From: Rhizaria sp. SCN 62-66
Taxonomy: Eukaryota
NCBI GenBank assembly: GCA_001724265.1
Contig: MEDY01000040.1
Location: 1 to 64,000, forward strand
DNA length: 64,000 nucleotides
Direction of reading: 5' to 3'
The position numbers and the translations under genes were made by a program. Below, in pieces: positions 12,901 through 21,749 of the stretch; within the stretch, counting starts at the first letter, position 1; each line of letters opens with the position of its first letter. The notes beneath the pieces were generated by a model that saw nothing but the letters and a program-made list of their open reading frames with translations, was not told where the DNA came from and did no database searches.

Positions 12901-13896
12901 AGCGCTGGTTCAGTGACGGTGTTGGCGCCCGGCGCGGTGGAAAAGGCGATGCACGACGCGTTCGTTGCGGTCGACGCGCAAGTGTGCAAACTCAGCGAGC
13001 TCTCGGCCTCTGGCTCCACAGCGCAGGTCGCGTTCATCGAGTGCGTCCCTGCGCACAACAACGGGAGTAGTTGCGGCGTGGCGGGGCTGTCGCACCGGCT
13101 GCTGCATGTGGCCAATGTCGGTGACGCGCAGGCCGTGCTTGCAGTCGCGAATGCGCCCAATAACAACGCCAGCGGGAGCAACAGCGGCAGCCATAGCCGC
13201 TCCGACAGCAACAGCTTCAAGGATAACAAGGATGCCAAGGAGAACAAGGACTCCCCCGTTGCCTCCACCAACGACACAGCTGCGCCTGCTGTCACTGCCG
13301 CTGCGACGACTGCGCCTGCCGCGCCCGCTGTGAGCCCCAATGTGGCTGCCGCGGCCGCTATGGACGACGACCCGTACTACTACGCCTCCGCAGCCGCCGC
13401 CGTCCACGGCTCCGCCGCTATCTCTAATAGCACCGTCGCCGGCGGCAGCGGCAGCGGCAACGGTAACGGCGGTGACAGCCACGCGCGCACGCAGCCCGCG
13501 TCTGCGGCGTACAGTGCGATCGATCTGACCGTGAACCACACCGGCCGTAACGTCAGTGAAGTCACGCGTGTGACCAAGGCGGGCGGGTTCTTCGCCAACG
13601 GTATGCGTGTGTGCGGCGGTCTGGCCGTCACGCGCGCGTTCGGCGACGTCTCGTTCAAGCGGTCGGGCGTTATCGCGGTGCCGCATCAGCAGACTCTGCG
13701 GCTGACCCCGCGGCACAAGTTCCTCATCGTCGCCTGTGACGGCGTGTGGGATGTCATGTCCTCGACCGAGGCTGTGGGGCTCGTCTGGGGCATGCGCGAC
13801 GCGACGGCGATGGCTGAGAGGATCATTGCAGAGGCCATGCGAAGGAATACGCTTGATAACATTAGCGTTGTCGTTGTTCGCCTCCACGAATATTGA
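6928..13896 (+). CDS. PP2C/PPM-family Ser/Thr phosphatase with a very long low-complexity N-terminus (about 2322 aa)
   Basis: Intronless ORF, first ATG 6928, TGA stop. C-terminal PP2C motifs in order: RREQMEDR, FAVYDGHGG, SGSTA, ANVGD, E..RV..AGG, RVCGGLAVTRAFGD, FLIVACDGVWDV, DNISVVVVRL. Confidence 0.9.
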   Translation: MSSSLISSTSSSASPVLLAGPRLPPTASSTAARNAPQPTTSSSSSNASASAAPASLLAESLSLSLSTTSSASPAPAPVPATTNAAAAVAAAPSANAAAGAGGGGLTSPRVRRASVRQPDTNTTATSHSNGSGNSNGSGGGIASAYTTPAPAPVTATGGANTAAAGESHPSPQSQFATPTPPGIPSPASLSVSAISAAQQQQGGQQFGSASFSHPGSSAGNNALVKAHSGAANSNPGTGAHSSGPGIAGAGSGGGGLFATFSPTAPTTSKVNAGTMRNHPVHSANSSSSSSSSAATGAGAGSNAHANALSPQPSPPSLTAQPQSQSQSQASPNASTTSAHSANAHASANANSAAGDRTSSGRPMRLVPSLSSPTPAPGVTPAPAATPASAATPASGATGATLAPAPAAAAPAPSAATSTAAAASGSSVPASIATATTGWKRSGAALGPGSGPSAGSGSGSGAAATFGLSTSFTAHGLGSAAAAELAAAAAAVTAAKVTAASATAASATAAANAAKSPPSSSTTTTAADGGGGGAAANSANPTAASVQSGGLVAPRPTSSRKGLIPGAITAAGSNAGSAGSGMGMAQSLPVGSSSVAAARAALGGLVSGGGGGLTSAGTPDSTHSAGAVTGGNGAGAGHVSLLPRPPSSVINSAAHSAHSNTTTASANTSVSANNASASTGTGNGGNGLAGAVTRAYRAPSEPTLPLHQQQQQQQQGTALAVQDLSRAVTQPSNTLSGSNATASSGSGVGGSSHNAASSPVDSLSPSPTVLSQAASGSQAASDSPVASGPDGYAVTVSSSSNNTNNNNNNNAEPTTPRRRNNNNNNNNAGGAGGLLPPSASVSAAAPVTPQSNSTGGHNPLGSGGKPGAGAAVPSTQPPLDKAARARRRALLQQKEQQREQQQQRERAHSGYRNQSLEAAAEVFLYANNGNNGGNSSAHNSMGDLGTDGGHSQPQYPYPHPQQLQPQQQQQYQPQVVNSGNGNGNNGANQGNRTRPVRALSGYNGNNANNANAGANAGTNSGSDQQSAVGTVTRPSGWSAGPSARGNNGNNNNNNNSNNTANNSNSNGQPPRAPQYNGPSSGSQSQQSGPSQGLSQGQAQGQGQGQGGTFASAMALASAARTVRSIRSADFSGRPRPAAAANNNNNNNNNSNNVGASSGAWDESATDSSAFNGNGNGNGNGYNTNNGGGSNNGGVFKPSHGAVGLAARAQRMRSESNAETSAAIATANNVPLLPLPLRDNFSEPSSSIIPTNGTNVNHNNANSNASVPTPSASNANANNNNNGGGNGGCSSVSGSPKSPRRRYVTIANNAANANANSNNNAGAPAGSLLAPPLLPALVRPSGSGNSNANNNGSNAKGGLSDTLVTPLKSNNGGSNGAGLHSARGHSGHNSAYNNNNNAGGGGKGSAATARSAARRVGSGGPQGPHNNAPGALARGMSSPPERVAHEYAAAQASARLMAQRHSAIELGNGPMRGSPFHNQHNQFAPLANYRDNNNNQYGGQPGGQQQQQVQVGDPDWALTRSASSVAALIAEAAGDSADYNSNTPTHQAGNAAGGGNGGHMRRPSGGNSSAVYSAAGVNANNANGGVYYPSSRGGGGGHGSARARQPSAHGHGGNAGASRAGVGSARGRNAGASRGLTSGGSNGSNNNNGGGRQRLGSVHGPSGGAAAASYAPGSNNNNNSMLSGDGAAVSWADLNNNGDAASMFGGGGGGGDQQDEWDGSVYLRERASRIRARANMQQYQQQAQQHQQQQQQQQHGQHNGDTPLEELSLDEIPLVAASSFSGALLANRAPPGHHNSNSSGGGSVNGSGNGNGRSSPPIPDAVILECGSAEEHNPLRREQMEDRIVVKPGLGGGRAAAAAAAPGLAAASSVSVAAVARSGGGGGGGGQSAAGGPRGSVMGSPNRRKEAKESEDNNNNNNAVAGAGAGGVPGPGGSVPAWRRLGGYFAVYDGHGGVSTAEFLSHSLHKELLARLARAPTVTIAPDSAASNAGASVSAGSVTVLAPGAVEKAMHDAFVAVDAQVCKLSELSASGSTAQVAFIECVPAHNNGSSCGVAGLSHRLLHVANVGDAQAVLAVANAPNNNASGSNSGSHSRSDSNSFKDNKDAKENKDSPVASTNDTAAPAVTAAATTAPAAPAVSPNVAAAAAMDDDPYYYASAAAAVHGSAAISNSTVAGGSGSGNGNGGDSHARTQPASAAYSAIDLTVNHTGRNVSEVTRVTKAGGFFANGMRVCGGLAVTRAFGDVSFKRSGVIAVPHQQTLRLTPRHKFLIVACDGVWDVMSSTEAVGLVWGMRDATAMAERIIAEAMRRNTLDNISVVVVRLHEY

Positions 13897-14436
13897 TCGT
13901 CTCAGCGAAGCGCGAAGCGAAGCGTTCTAGTGTGAGCGAAGAGCGGTCATTTAATGTTGTTGAGGTTTGAGGTTTATTTTTTTGTTTGACGTTAAGTCAG
14001 GTATTTTTTACAATAGTTTTGTTTATTAGATAGTGATGCGTTGATCTCTCCAAAGTATCATGCACATTTTCCTCCCCCCTTTTTTACATCATAGAAAACA
14101 ATACAACTTTCCAAATTCCTTTACAATTCTTCTTTCATCGCAGCTTTTGTTTTTGTAAAGAATAGTGTGTATTATTTTGTTCATAACAGTACAAGAACTG
14201 GAGATAACCGTGCCCATAGCAAGAATTTAAACACAGGGATTATACACACGATTATCGTTGTTCGTCGTCAAGAACTCGATGAGGATACACACCACTAAGA
14301 AGAAGTATTATAACTACCACCTATATGCCAACATCACAGAGCCTCCTATTCACTTCAGCAACTATAGTCATGTTCTTTTTGTAGTCCAAACATCTACAAA
14401 CCACAACACGATCATTACCGCACAACAACGTCAAAC

Positions 14437-16185
14437 TTAGTTGAGGCGCTTGGCAATGGCCTCCTTGAGAGCGGCCGCCTGCTTGTGGGCGATCTGGTCA
14501 TCCTCGAGGAAGGTAAGGACCTCACCGTGGAACTTGTACGACTCCTTGTTGGTATCGGAGGCGGACTTGAGCACGGGCAGGTAGACGGGCTTCTGCGCAG
14601 TGGCGTGGTACTTATACAGCTTGTGCTGGGAGACGGCATCAGCGGGGATCCACTGAGTGATCTTCTCCTTGCTGCCCTTGCTGCCATCATCGACACCAGC
14701 GGCAGTCATGTAGTTGCGCACAGCACCCTCAGTCTCAGTCTTGATGACGTCCTTGATCTTGTCCGAAGTCAGCGCAGCCTTCATGGCCGTGATCTTGGTC
14801 TTGAGCTTGTTGAGCGACTCGGTGGCGCGGGAGACACGCTGCATGGCGTTGTTGAGGCTCGTCTGCGCAGCAGAGTCGGCAGGCGCAACGGCCTGCGCGG
14901 CCTTGGTGGCGGAACTCTTGAACTGCTGCGAGAACTGCTTCTTGATCGCCTTGCGGGCGGCCTCGGGCAGGTTCTTGGGGATGTTCTGCATCGCCTTATT
15001 GGCCTCAGCGGCCGCGCGCTGGCGGCGCTCCGCGGCGAGACGGGCAGCCTCACGCGCCTTGCGGGCGTTCTCCTCGGCGCGCTTGCGAGCCGCGGCAGCC
15101 TCGCGGGCCTGGCGGATCTTCTGCTGGCGCGCCTGGCGAGTAGACCAGCGGGTCTTGGCGGCGGCAAGCTTGGCCCTTGCGGTGGTCTCGTACGACTTGC
15201 AGTTACAGGGCGTGGAGTTGATCTTGGCGAGGGTCAGCTGGAGCTTGCGGGCGGCCTCCTGGCGCTGCTTGATCAGCGCCCAGTTGATGGGCGGCTGCGG
15301 CGGCGGCGGGGGCGGCGGGGGAGGGCGGTGCACCACGGGGCGGTGGCGACGGCGGCGGTGGCGGCGACCGAAGATGCGGTGGATGACACGAGGAGGAGGA
15401 GGGCGGTGCACCACGGGGCGGTGGCGACGGCGACGACGACGGCGTTCAACAGTGACCTCGTTCTCAGCGTCAACCTCAACGTCGACCTCGGTCTCGGCCT
15501 CAAGCTCGGCATCGAGCTCGACGAGAGAGAGAGGAGACTCGGAGATCTTGGTCTCCATCTCGAGGAAGCGGCTGTTGCGGTGGCGGCCCATGGGACGCGG
15601 GCGGTGAGGGCCACGGCGGCGGCGGATGCGACGCAGGACGCGGCGCAGGCCACCACGGCGGCGGTGACGACGGTGCTTGCGACCCTTGCGGAGGCCCTTG
15701 CGGCGGTGGACCTTGCGACCAGCGCGGCGGGGCGCGCCACGCGCAGGGGGCTTGAGAGCAGGGGTCTTGGCGTACCGCTTGAACATCGGGGCAAGCTTAG
15801 CGTCGACCGAGGAGCGGCACTGCACGCGGCACTGGTTGCGGCGGGCAGTCATGGCAGCCTGGATCGCCGCGGCCGAGTTGACCGGAGGAGGGATCGGGGG
15901 AGCGATCACACGAGGAGGCGGCGGCGCCGGCACGTGACGCGGCGGCGGCGGAGGGCGGTGGACCACGTGACGACGACGACGACGGCGGCGACGCTCCGTG
16001 TTGACGGTCTGGTCAACCTCCTGCTCGGCATCGACCTCGAGGGCAACCATCTCGGAAGTGGTGGCTTCAGCCGACTGTGACACGGCAGCGACAGCGTCCG
16101 AGGTGACCTCGGAAGCTGAGGCGTGGCCGATCACCGCACCCAGAAGGCACATAGCCGCAATGAGAACCAAACGGCTGGCCTTCAT
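14437..16185 (-). CDS. Secreted Arg/His/Pro-rich protein of unknown function (about 582 aa)
   Basis: ATG 16185 followed by signal-peptide-like MKASRLVLIAAMCLLGAVIGHASA. Strong C/G3 codon bias similar to eIF4A. Two acidic-spacer/polyArg modules, a coiled coil and a C-terminal region; TAA stop. Confidence 0.85.
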   Translation of the reverse strand: MKASRLVLIAAMCLLGAVIGHASASEVTSDAVAAVSQSAEATTSEMVALEVDAEQEVDQTVNTERRRRRRRRHVVHRPPPPPRHVPAPPPPRVIAPPIPPPVNSAAAIQAAMTARRNQCRVQCRSSVDAKLAPMFKRYAKTPALKPPARGAPRRAGRKVHRRKGLRKGRKHRRHRRRGGLRRVLRRIRRRRGPHRPRPMGRHRNSRFLEMETKISESPLSLVELDAELEAETEVDVEVDAENEVTVERRRRRRRHRPVVHRPPPPRVIHRIFGRRHRRRRHRPVVHRPPPPPPPPPQPPINWALIKQRQEAARKLQLTLAKINSTPCNCKSYETTARAKLAAAKTRWSTRQARQQKIRQAREAAAARKRAEENARKAREAARLAAERRQRAAAEANKAMQNIPKNLPEAARKAIKKQFSQQFKSSATKAAQAVAPADSAAQTSLNNAMQRVSRATESLNKLKTKITAMKAALTSDKIKDVIKTETEGAVRNYMTAAGVDDGSKGSKEKITQWIPADAVSQHKLYKYHATAQKPVYLPVLKSASDTNKESYKFHGEVLTFLEDDQIAHKQAAALKEAIAKRLN

Positions 16186-16942
16186 TGCAAGTACCTGGGC
16201 GAGAAAACAAGGGAAGAGCAAAGCAGAGGAGGAGAGGGGAGCAAGGAGGAGCAAGGTCAGAATTGAATCGGGTCACAGGGGCGGAAAGCGGACGACGCAG
16301 CGGCGCTAGATCACAGGAAAGAAATAGAGAAGAGTAAAGTATCGTCTCGAGCAATTGACATGCGCTTGCAGGGTCTGGGACGCGCAGACAGATGGTCAAC
16401 AGGGGAGGCCTGCTTCGAGGAAGCCATTATGCCCCCATCGCCCCACAAAAGGGCGTCGATAGAGCACACTGGGAGCATCACGGGTGCTCTTGAACGAAGG
16501 ACTGATAGATTATGCTTGGACAATTCTTATTTTTATCTCACAGAATCAAATAGCAACGCCATTGCGCCGACATCATGGTTTCAAAGACCACACAAAGGAG
16601 GCCCTCTCGTCTGACCGACCCCACCCAGCCTCGCCTTCTAAGGGGGGCGCCCCTTACAGCCCACAGTCGTTTTTCGTCGGTCTCGAATTTTTCGACCAAG
16701 CTGGCTTCGATTGACTTGGCTTGACTGACTGGCTCCTTTGAAAAGGCGATAGTGGAGTTTTTGTTCGTTGGTTGATTATCTAAAGATTTTGTTCGGATTT
16801 ATTATTGGATACTCTCTGAAATATCCGATCCGTGTGATATCAGGACGCGTTTTACCCCATGTGTATACCTTGCTTCTTCCTCTCACCTTTGCTCTCCTCC
16901 TCCCCTTTGCACTCGACTTTGTTAGGGTGTAACGCGCTCGCC

Positions 16943-19126
16943 ATGAGGTCCTTTGGTCTCATGTCGCGGCTCGTTTTCGCAGCTCTCGGGCTTGCGTATC
17001 TTTGGGTTGGCCCTGCGGCCGCGCTGGAGATCGCCCCGCAGGGCTCCGGAGCCTCGATGATGCCCGCCACCCCGGGCGCCTTCAAGGTTCCCCCCACGCT
17101 CCCGCCCCCGGAGCCTGTTCTGGTCGCGCCTGCGCCTGCTGCTGCTGCTGCTGATGCTGCTGTTGCTGCTGCTGCTGCTGTGGAGGCGAAGAAGAACAAC
17201 TCGGCGTCTGTTTCCGCTAGCAACGCCACCGTTGTCTCTTCCGCTCCTGTTGTGCCCGCTCACTCTTCCCCCGTCGTCGCTGCCACTGCCGCTGCTCCCG
17301 CCACTGCTGCTGCTCCCGCCGTCGCTTCTGCTGCTCCTGCTGCTGCTGCCAGTCTTGTCGAGGGCCACCCCGTTGTCGCGCCTGTCGCTGCGCCCGTCTC
17401 TGCCGCCGGCATTGTCTCCCCTCCAGCCGCGAGCGCGCCCGTTCACCCTGCGTCGACCGTGGCCCACGTCTTTCACGTGCGCGGCGTCTTCTCCGTCTGC
17501 ACCGAGGGTGTCGCGGGCGTGTGCGCAGGCAAGCCTGTCGCGTCGGCGTCCTACACGGCGACGCACACGACCACGGGATGGGACGAGCTCTCGCTCACCA
17601 CCAACGGCGAGTTCCCCGACACCGAGCAGGCCTACGCCGCTGGTTACCTCGAGGGCGCGCTCTCAGCCACGCGCGTCCGCCGCTTCCTCGACTCGTACGT
17701 GCTGCCGTCGCGCGCCGCCGCAGGTGACCGCGAGAAGACGATGGCGTATCTGCGCAAGCAGGACGCGTTCATGCGCGGGCAAGTCGCGCAGCTCGGCAGC
17801 CGCGAACGCGCGCTGGCCAAGGACCCCCACGCCGTGTACTGGTACACGGTGGGGCTCGTGTTGCAGCAGATTGACGGCATGCGCGCCGGCGTCAACAGCG
17901 CGCTGCCCGCCAACAAGGCGATGTCGGTCGAGGACCTCTGGCTGCTGAACAACGATGGCGATTTGATGGATATCGAGCGGTTCGTCAACCCTGGCCAGCG
18001 CTTTAAGTCCATCAATGATATGTCTGTGCGTGAAGTGACGGATTTTCTCGCACTGAACGGCCGCTGCACCGCGGTTGTGAAGCTCACCGGCGATGATCTC
18101 ATTGTCGGCCACTCGACCTGGGCTGAGTACCGTGAGATGCAGCGTGTGTATAAGCATTACACGCTTAACTACGGTCTCATCAAGGCCAAGAAGACGTCGT
18201 ACTCGTCCTATCCCGGCATGGTCTACTCTTCCGACGACTTTTACGTTCTCGACACCGGTCTCGTTGTGATGGAGACGACGATTAACATCCTCAACGAGGC
18301 GCTGTACAAGAAATGCACTCCCGAGACCTCTGTGCTCACTTACATCCGCGCGACGGTGGCCAACATGCTCGCGACAACGGCCCCGGAATGGGTGCAGATC
18401 TTCTCGCACCACAATTCCGGCACCTACAACAACCAGTGGATGATTGTCGACTACAACAAGTTCACTCCCGCCGCCGCCGCCACCAAGGGCGCCAACGCTA
18501 CTGGCACCGGTGCGCCTGTGCTTGGCAAGGACATGTTCTGGGTGCTGGAGCAGATCCCGGGCCGCGTCGTCGCCAAGGATATGACCGCAACGCTGCAGCA
18601 GCAGACGTACTGGGGCAGCTACAACCGCCCGTTCTTCGCCGAGATCAACGAAGAGAGCATGTTCAAGCACTTTTCCTCGCAGCACGGTGAGATGTTCTCG
18701 TACAAGTCGTCTTCTCGCGCTAAGATCATGGCGCGCGAGCAGGCCGCGGCGACGTCCGTGGACGCCGTGCAGGCGCTGTTGCGGCACAACGACTACCGCA
18801 ACGATCCCTACTCGCGTGGGTGCCCGTGGCGCGCTCTCGCGGCCCGCTTTGACCTCCCCGGCACGCCGCAATGTGAGAGCACGATGCGCAAGCCGCACGG
18901 CGCGACTGACGCCAAGGTTACGTCGTACAAGTGGCGCGACCAGCAGAAGGCGCTCGCTGTCGCGGGGCCCTCGACGAACGGCGGGAAGCTGCCTGCGTTT
19001 GCCTGGGGACAGGCCGAGGGCCAGTTCGCGGGGCTCCGCGCCCCCGGGATGCCCAACGTGTATGAGTTCCCGTGGATTGCGCAGACGCCCAAGAGCGTCC
19101 CCGTGCCCCCCATGGTCAGCGGCTAA
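16943..19126 (+). CDS. Phospholipase B-like protein (PLBD family, Ntn hydrolase), about 727 aa
   Basis: Signal peptide and Ala/Pro linker, then TGWDEL, QAYAAGYLEG, GRCTAVVKL (autocleavage Cys), GHSTW, SSYPG..SSDDFY, ETT, NSGTYNNQWMIVDY, EQIPG, YWGSYNRPFF. Confidence 0.93.
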   Translation: MRSFGLMSRLVFAALGLAYLWVGPAAALEIAPQGSGASMMPATPGAFKVPPTLPPPEPVLVAPAPAAAAADAAVAAAAAVEAKKNNSASVSASNATVVSSAPVVPAHSSPVVAATAAAPATAAAPAVASAAPAAAASLVEGHPVVAPVAAPVSAAGIVSPPAASAPVHPASTVAHVFHVRGVFSVCTEGVAGVCAGKPVASASYTATHTTTGWDELSLTTNGEFPDTEQAYAAGYLEGALSATRVRRFLDSYVLPSRAAAGDREKTMAYLRKQDAFMRGQVAQLGSRERALAKDPHAVYWYTVGLVLQQIDGMRAGVNSALPANKAMSVEDLWLLNNDGDLMDIERFVNPGQRFKSINDMSVREVTDFLALNGRCTAVVKLTGDDLIVGHSTWAEYREMQRVYKHYTLNYGLIKAKKTSYSSYPGMVYSSDDFYVLDTGLVVMETTINILNEALYKKCTPETSVLTYIRATVANMLATTAPEWVQIFSHHNSGTYNNQWMIVDYNKFTPAAAATKGANATGTGAPVLGKDMFWVLEQIPGRVVAKDMTATLQQQTYWGSYNRPFFAEINEESMFKHFSSQHGEMFSYKSSSRAKIMAREQAAATSVDAVQALLRHNDYRNDPYSRGCPWRALAARFDLPGTPQCESTMRKPHGATDAKVTSYKWRDQQKALAVAGPSTNGGKLPAFAWGQAEGQFAGLRAPGMPNVYEFPWIAQTPKSVPVPPMVSG

Positions 19127-20986
19127 GCAAAGAAGTTAGGCCGCGAGAAGTTAAGCCGCGCAGAGGCTCGGTTTAGTTGGTGATATGTGGTGGCTGTGAA
19201 GGAGAGGAGCGAGATGCTCGCATCACAGTCACGGATGGTTTTGGTGTGCTGTTTTTTTAGTGATGTTGTGAGTTACAACGTGTAATTCCGATAATAAAGA
19301 TGAAACCATTTTTAATCAATATCGTTACAATTGTTTACAGTTTGAGTACTCTGTCACAGGTTCGATCAGGTTCGATGCCTTATGCGCAGCTGCATTATCC
19401 TTTTGAGAGTGATTAGGAGTGTTAAGCCACATTACGATGCGCCAGCCGATGTCGCTGTATTCCAGATACAAGTATTTGTATTTTTGATGGTTATTGTTAT
19501 TTCTCGAAACTGCCACTCGTATTTTGTTCGATGTTTTTTGTTCTTGCTGTGTTTTGAGGGCTGGGTAGATTGAAACAAAAAGAGTATTGAGTGTCGAGTG
19601 AAGAACATAACGTGCGATTTGAATTGAAGGGACGGCTGAGGCTGCATAAATATGGGTGGGGCAGACCCAGCTCGCGCCCTCACTCACGAGACAGTGTCAC
19701 CACTGCATGCAGCAAAACACAGCACAGCACGACAATAACGCAAAACAGCATAGCACGTTTGAGGGCGCAGTACAACATAACACGACACAACAACACAGCA
19801 CAGAAGGCTCCTCAGAAGCAAAACGTGCCTTGAGTGAAACAACAGCATGAACATGAACAAACTGCACGAGAGGGCAGTGGTAAAGTTACCGTGACAAAAC
19901 ACGATGTGCATAGCGTGGCGAAACAAGACGAAATGAGCAAGGTTTGTGGTGAATTGAGACTTGGGACTGACGAAAGATAAACGGCAGCACAATAAGTGCT
20001 GCGAATGTCAGTGCGAGTGCGAGAGTTGTGTGGTGTGATGTTACTGTTGGTATTGTGGGTGTGACATGACAGAGCGTGCGCAGTGGTGACGGTGAGAGAG
20101 AAAAAAGAAAGAGAGAAAGAGAAAGAGAAAACGAAATGTGCGCAAACGATTAAGAGACATGGTTTGACGGACAAAGCAAGGTGACTGGCACTAGAGTGCG
20201 ATTATGAAAGGAGGGCGGTTTAGAGAACAATCAACAAGAGCGAGTGCTGGCGCTTGTTGTGTAGGTGAGCGATTGTGAAAAGAGAGCGAAATGTGAGGCC
20301 AATCGAGATAAGATACGAGAACAGAACAGAGAAACGACGTGATAATGATTAGAGATACAAAACAAAAAGAGAGTAGCTTTGGTTGGGTGGTTAGACGTGA
20401 TATGTTTCGCCATGCGTAGCTTCACTAAACGAAACAACCATAACACACTTGCGTCGCGTTTACACTGCAACTGTGACAGTTGAGATGAGCGACTGAAAAA
20501 GCAAAGAAAAGCAAAGAAGATGATGATATCCGAGAAGGTAGCGAAAACTTGACGAGAATACACGCGAGTGAGAACGCACAACTGCAACGACAGAATCAGC
20601 GACAACAGTGATACTACGAGACGACAAAAGAAAATGATGATGCAAAGACACTGATGCTGGGGGCGTGCTTTGTTGGGAAGGAAATTTGAGAAGGCAAAAT
20701 GCGAAATATAGAGTTTTGCAATGATTTAAAATGAAACGAATGTAAGAAACAAACGAAAGAAAGAATATGATTGGATTCGGTGAATGAACAAAATATTGAC
20801 TTGCATGAACAAATATTGCGATAAAGTTGAGACCATTAGTAAGACGTTGCGTTGTGTTTCATGTCGAAACGCAACAATGATACATGGCCGGAGTAAGTTT
20901 ACTCAACAACACCACACACAAAGTACTGAGAATTGAGACTGTGTGTTGTGATGCTTAGACGTAGATTCGAGGTCCTGAGACCGCGT

Positions 20987-21706
20987 TTAGTTGCTCGCCA
21001 CAGCAACAGGCGCAGCATTCGCAGCCGTAGTCGCAGGGGCAGCAGCAGAGGCAGCAGTCGAGGAGCCAGCAGTGGCGGCGGCGGCGGCAGCAGCTGCCGG
21101 AGCAGCAGCAGACTTGGTGTTGTTCTGGGCGTTATTGCTGTTGTTTTGCGGCGGATGCCAGAGTGGACTCACCTGATACGGGTGTGGGTATGGCCGCTGC
21201 CGCTGCTGCTGCTGCTGCTGGTGGTTGTGGCGGGGGTGATGGTACTGCGGCGCATAGTGCGGCTGATAATGCGGCTGAGACTGAGGCTGGTGTTGCTGAA
21301 GGGCGTACGACTGCTGCGGGTGCTGCGGGTGCGGCTGGTAGTGGTGCGGCTGGTACTGCGGCGCATAGTGAGGAGGCGGGGGCTGGTAGCGGTACTGTTG
21401 CGGCTGGTGCGGGGGCGGCATGTGCTGCTGGTACTGCGGGTGCGGGTGCGGGGCGGCGCCGTAATAGTGAGGAGGCGGGGGCGGGCTGCGGGGCGGGTAG
21501 GCCGCGTAGTGCGTCGGAACAGGGTGGCCGTGCACTGCATACTGAGGAGGCGGGGGCTGCTGCTGGTAGTACTGGGGCGCATACTGCTGCTGCTGCTGCT
21601 GCGGAGGCTGAGGCTGCTGGGGCTGAGACTGAGATTGAGAGGGGTACTGAGCCGGGTGAGGAGCAGTGTACTGAGTCGGGGGCTGTGAAGAGTACTGAGG
21701 CTGAGA

Positions 21707-21749
<43 letters not shown>

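Noticed and set aside
21165-21175. CAG|GTGAGT donor-like site near the end of the CCCH extension
   Set aside because: It does not fit the local GTAYG donor pattern, the downstream sequence continues as typical coding sequence, and no partner exon was identified.
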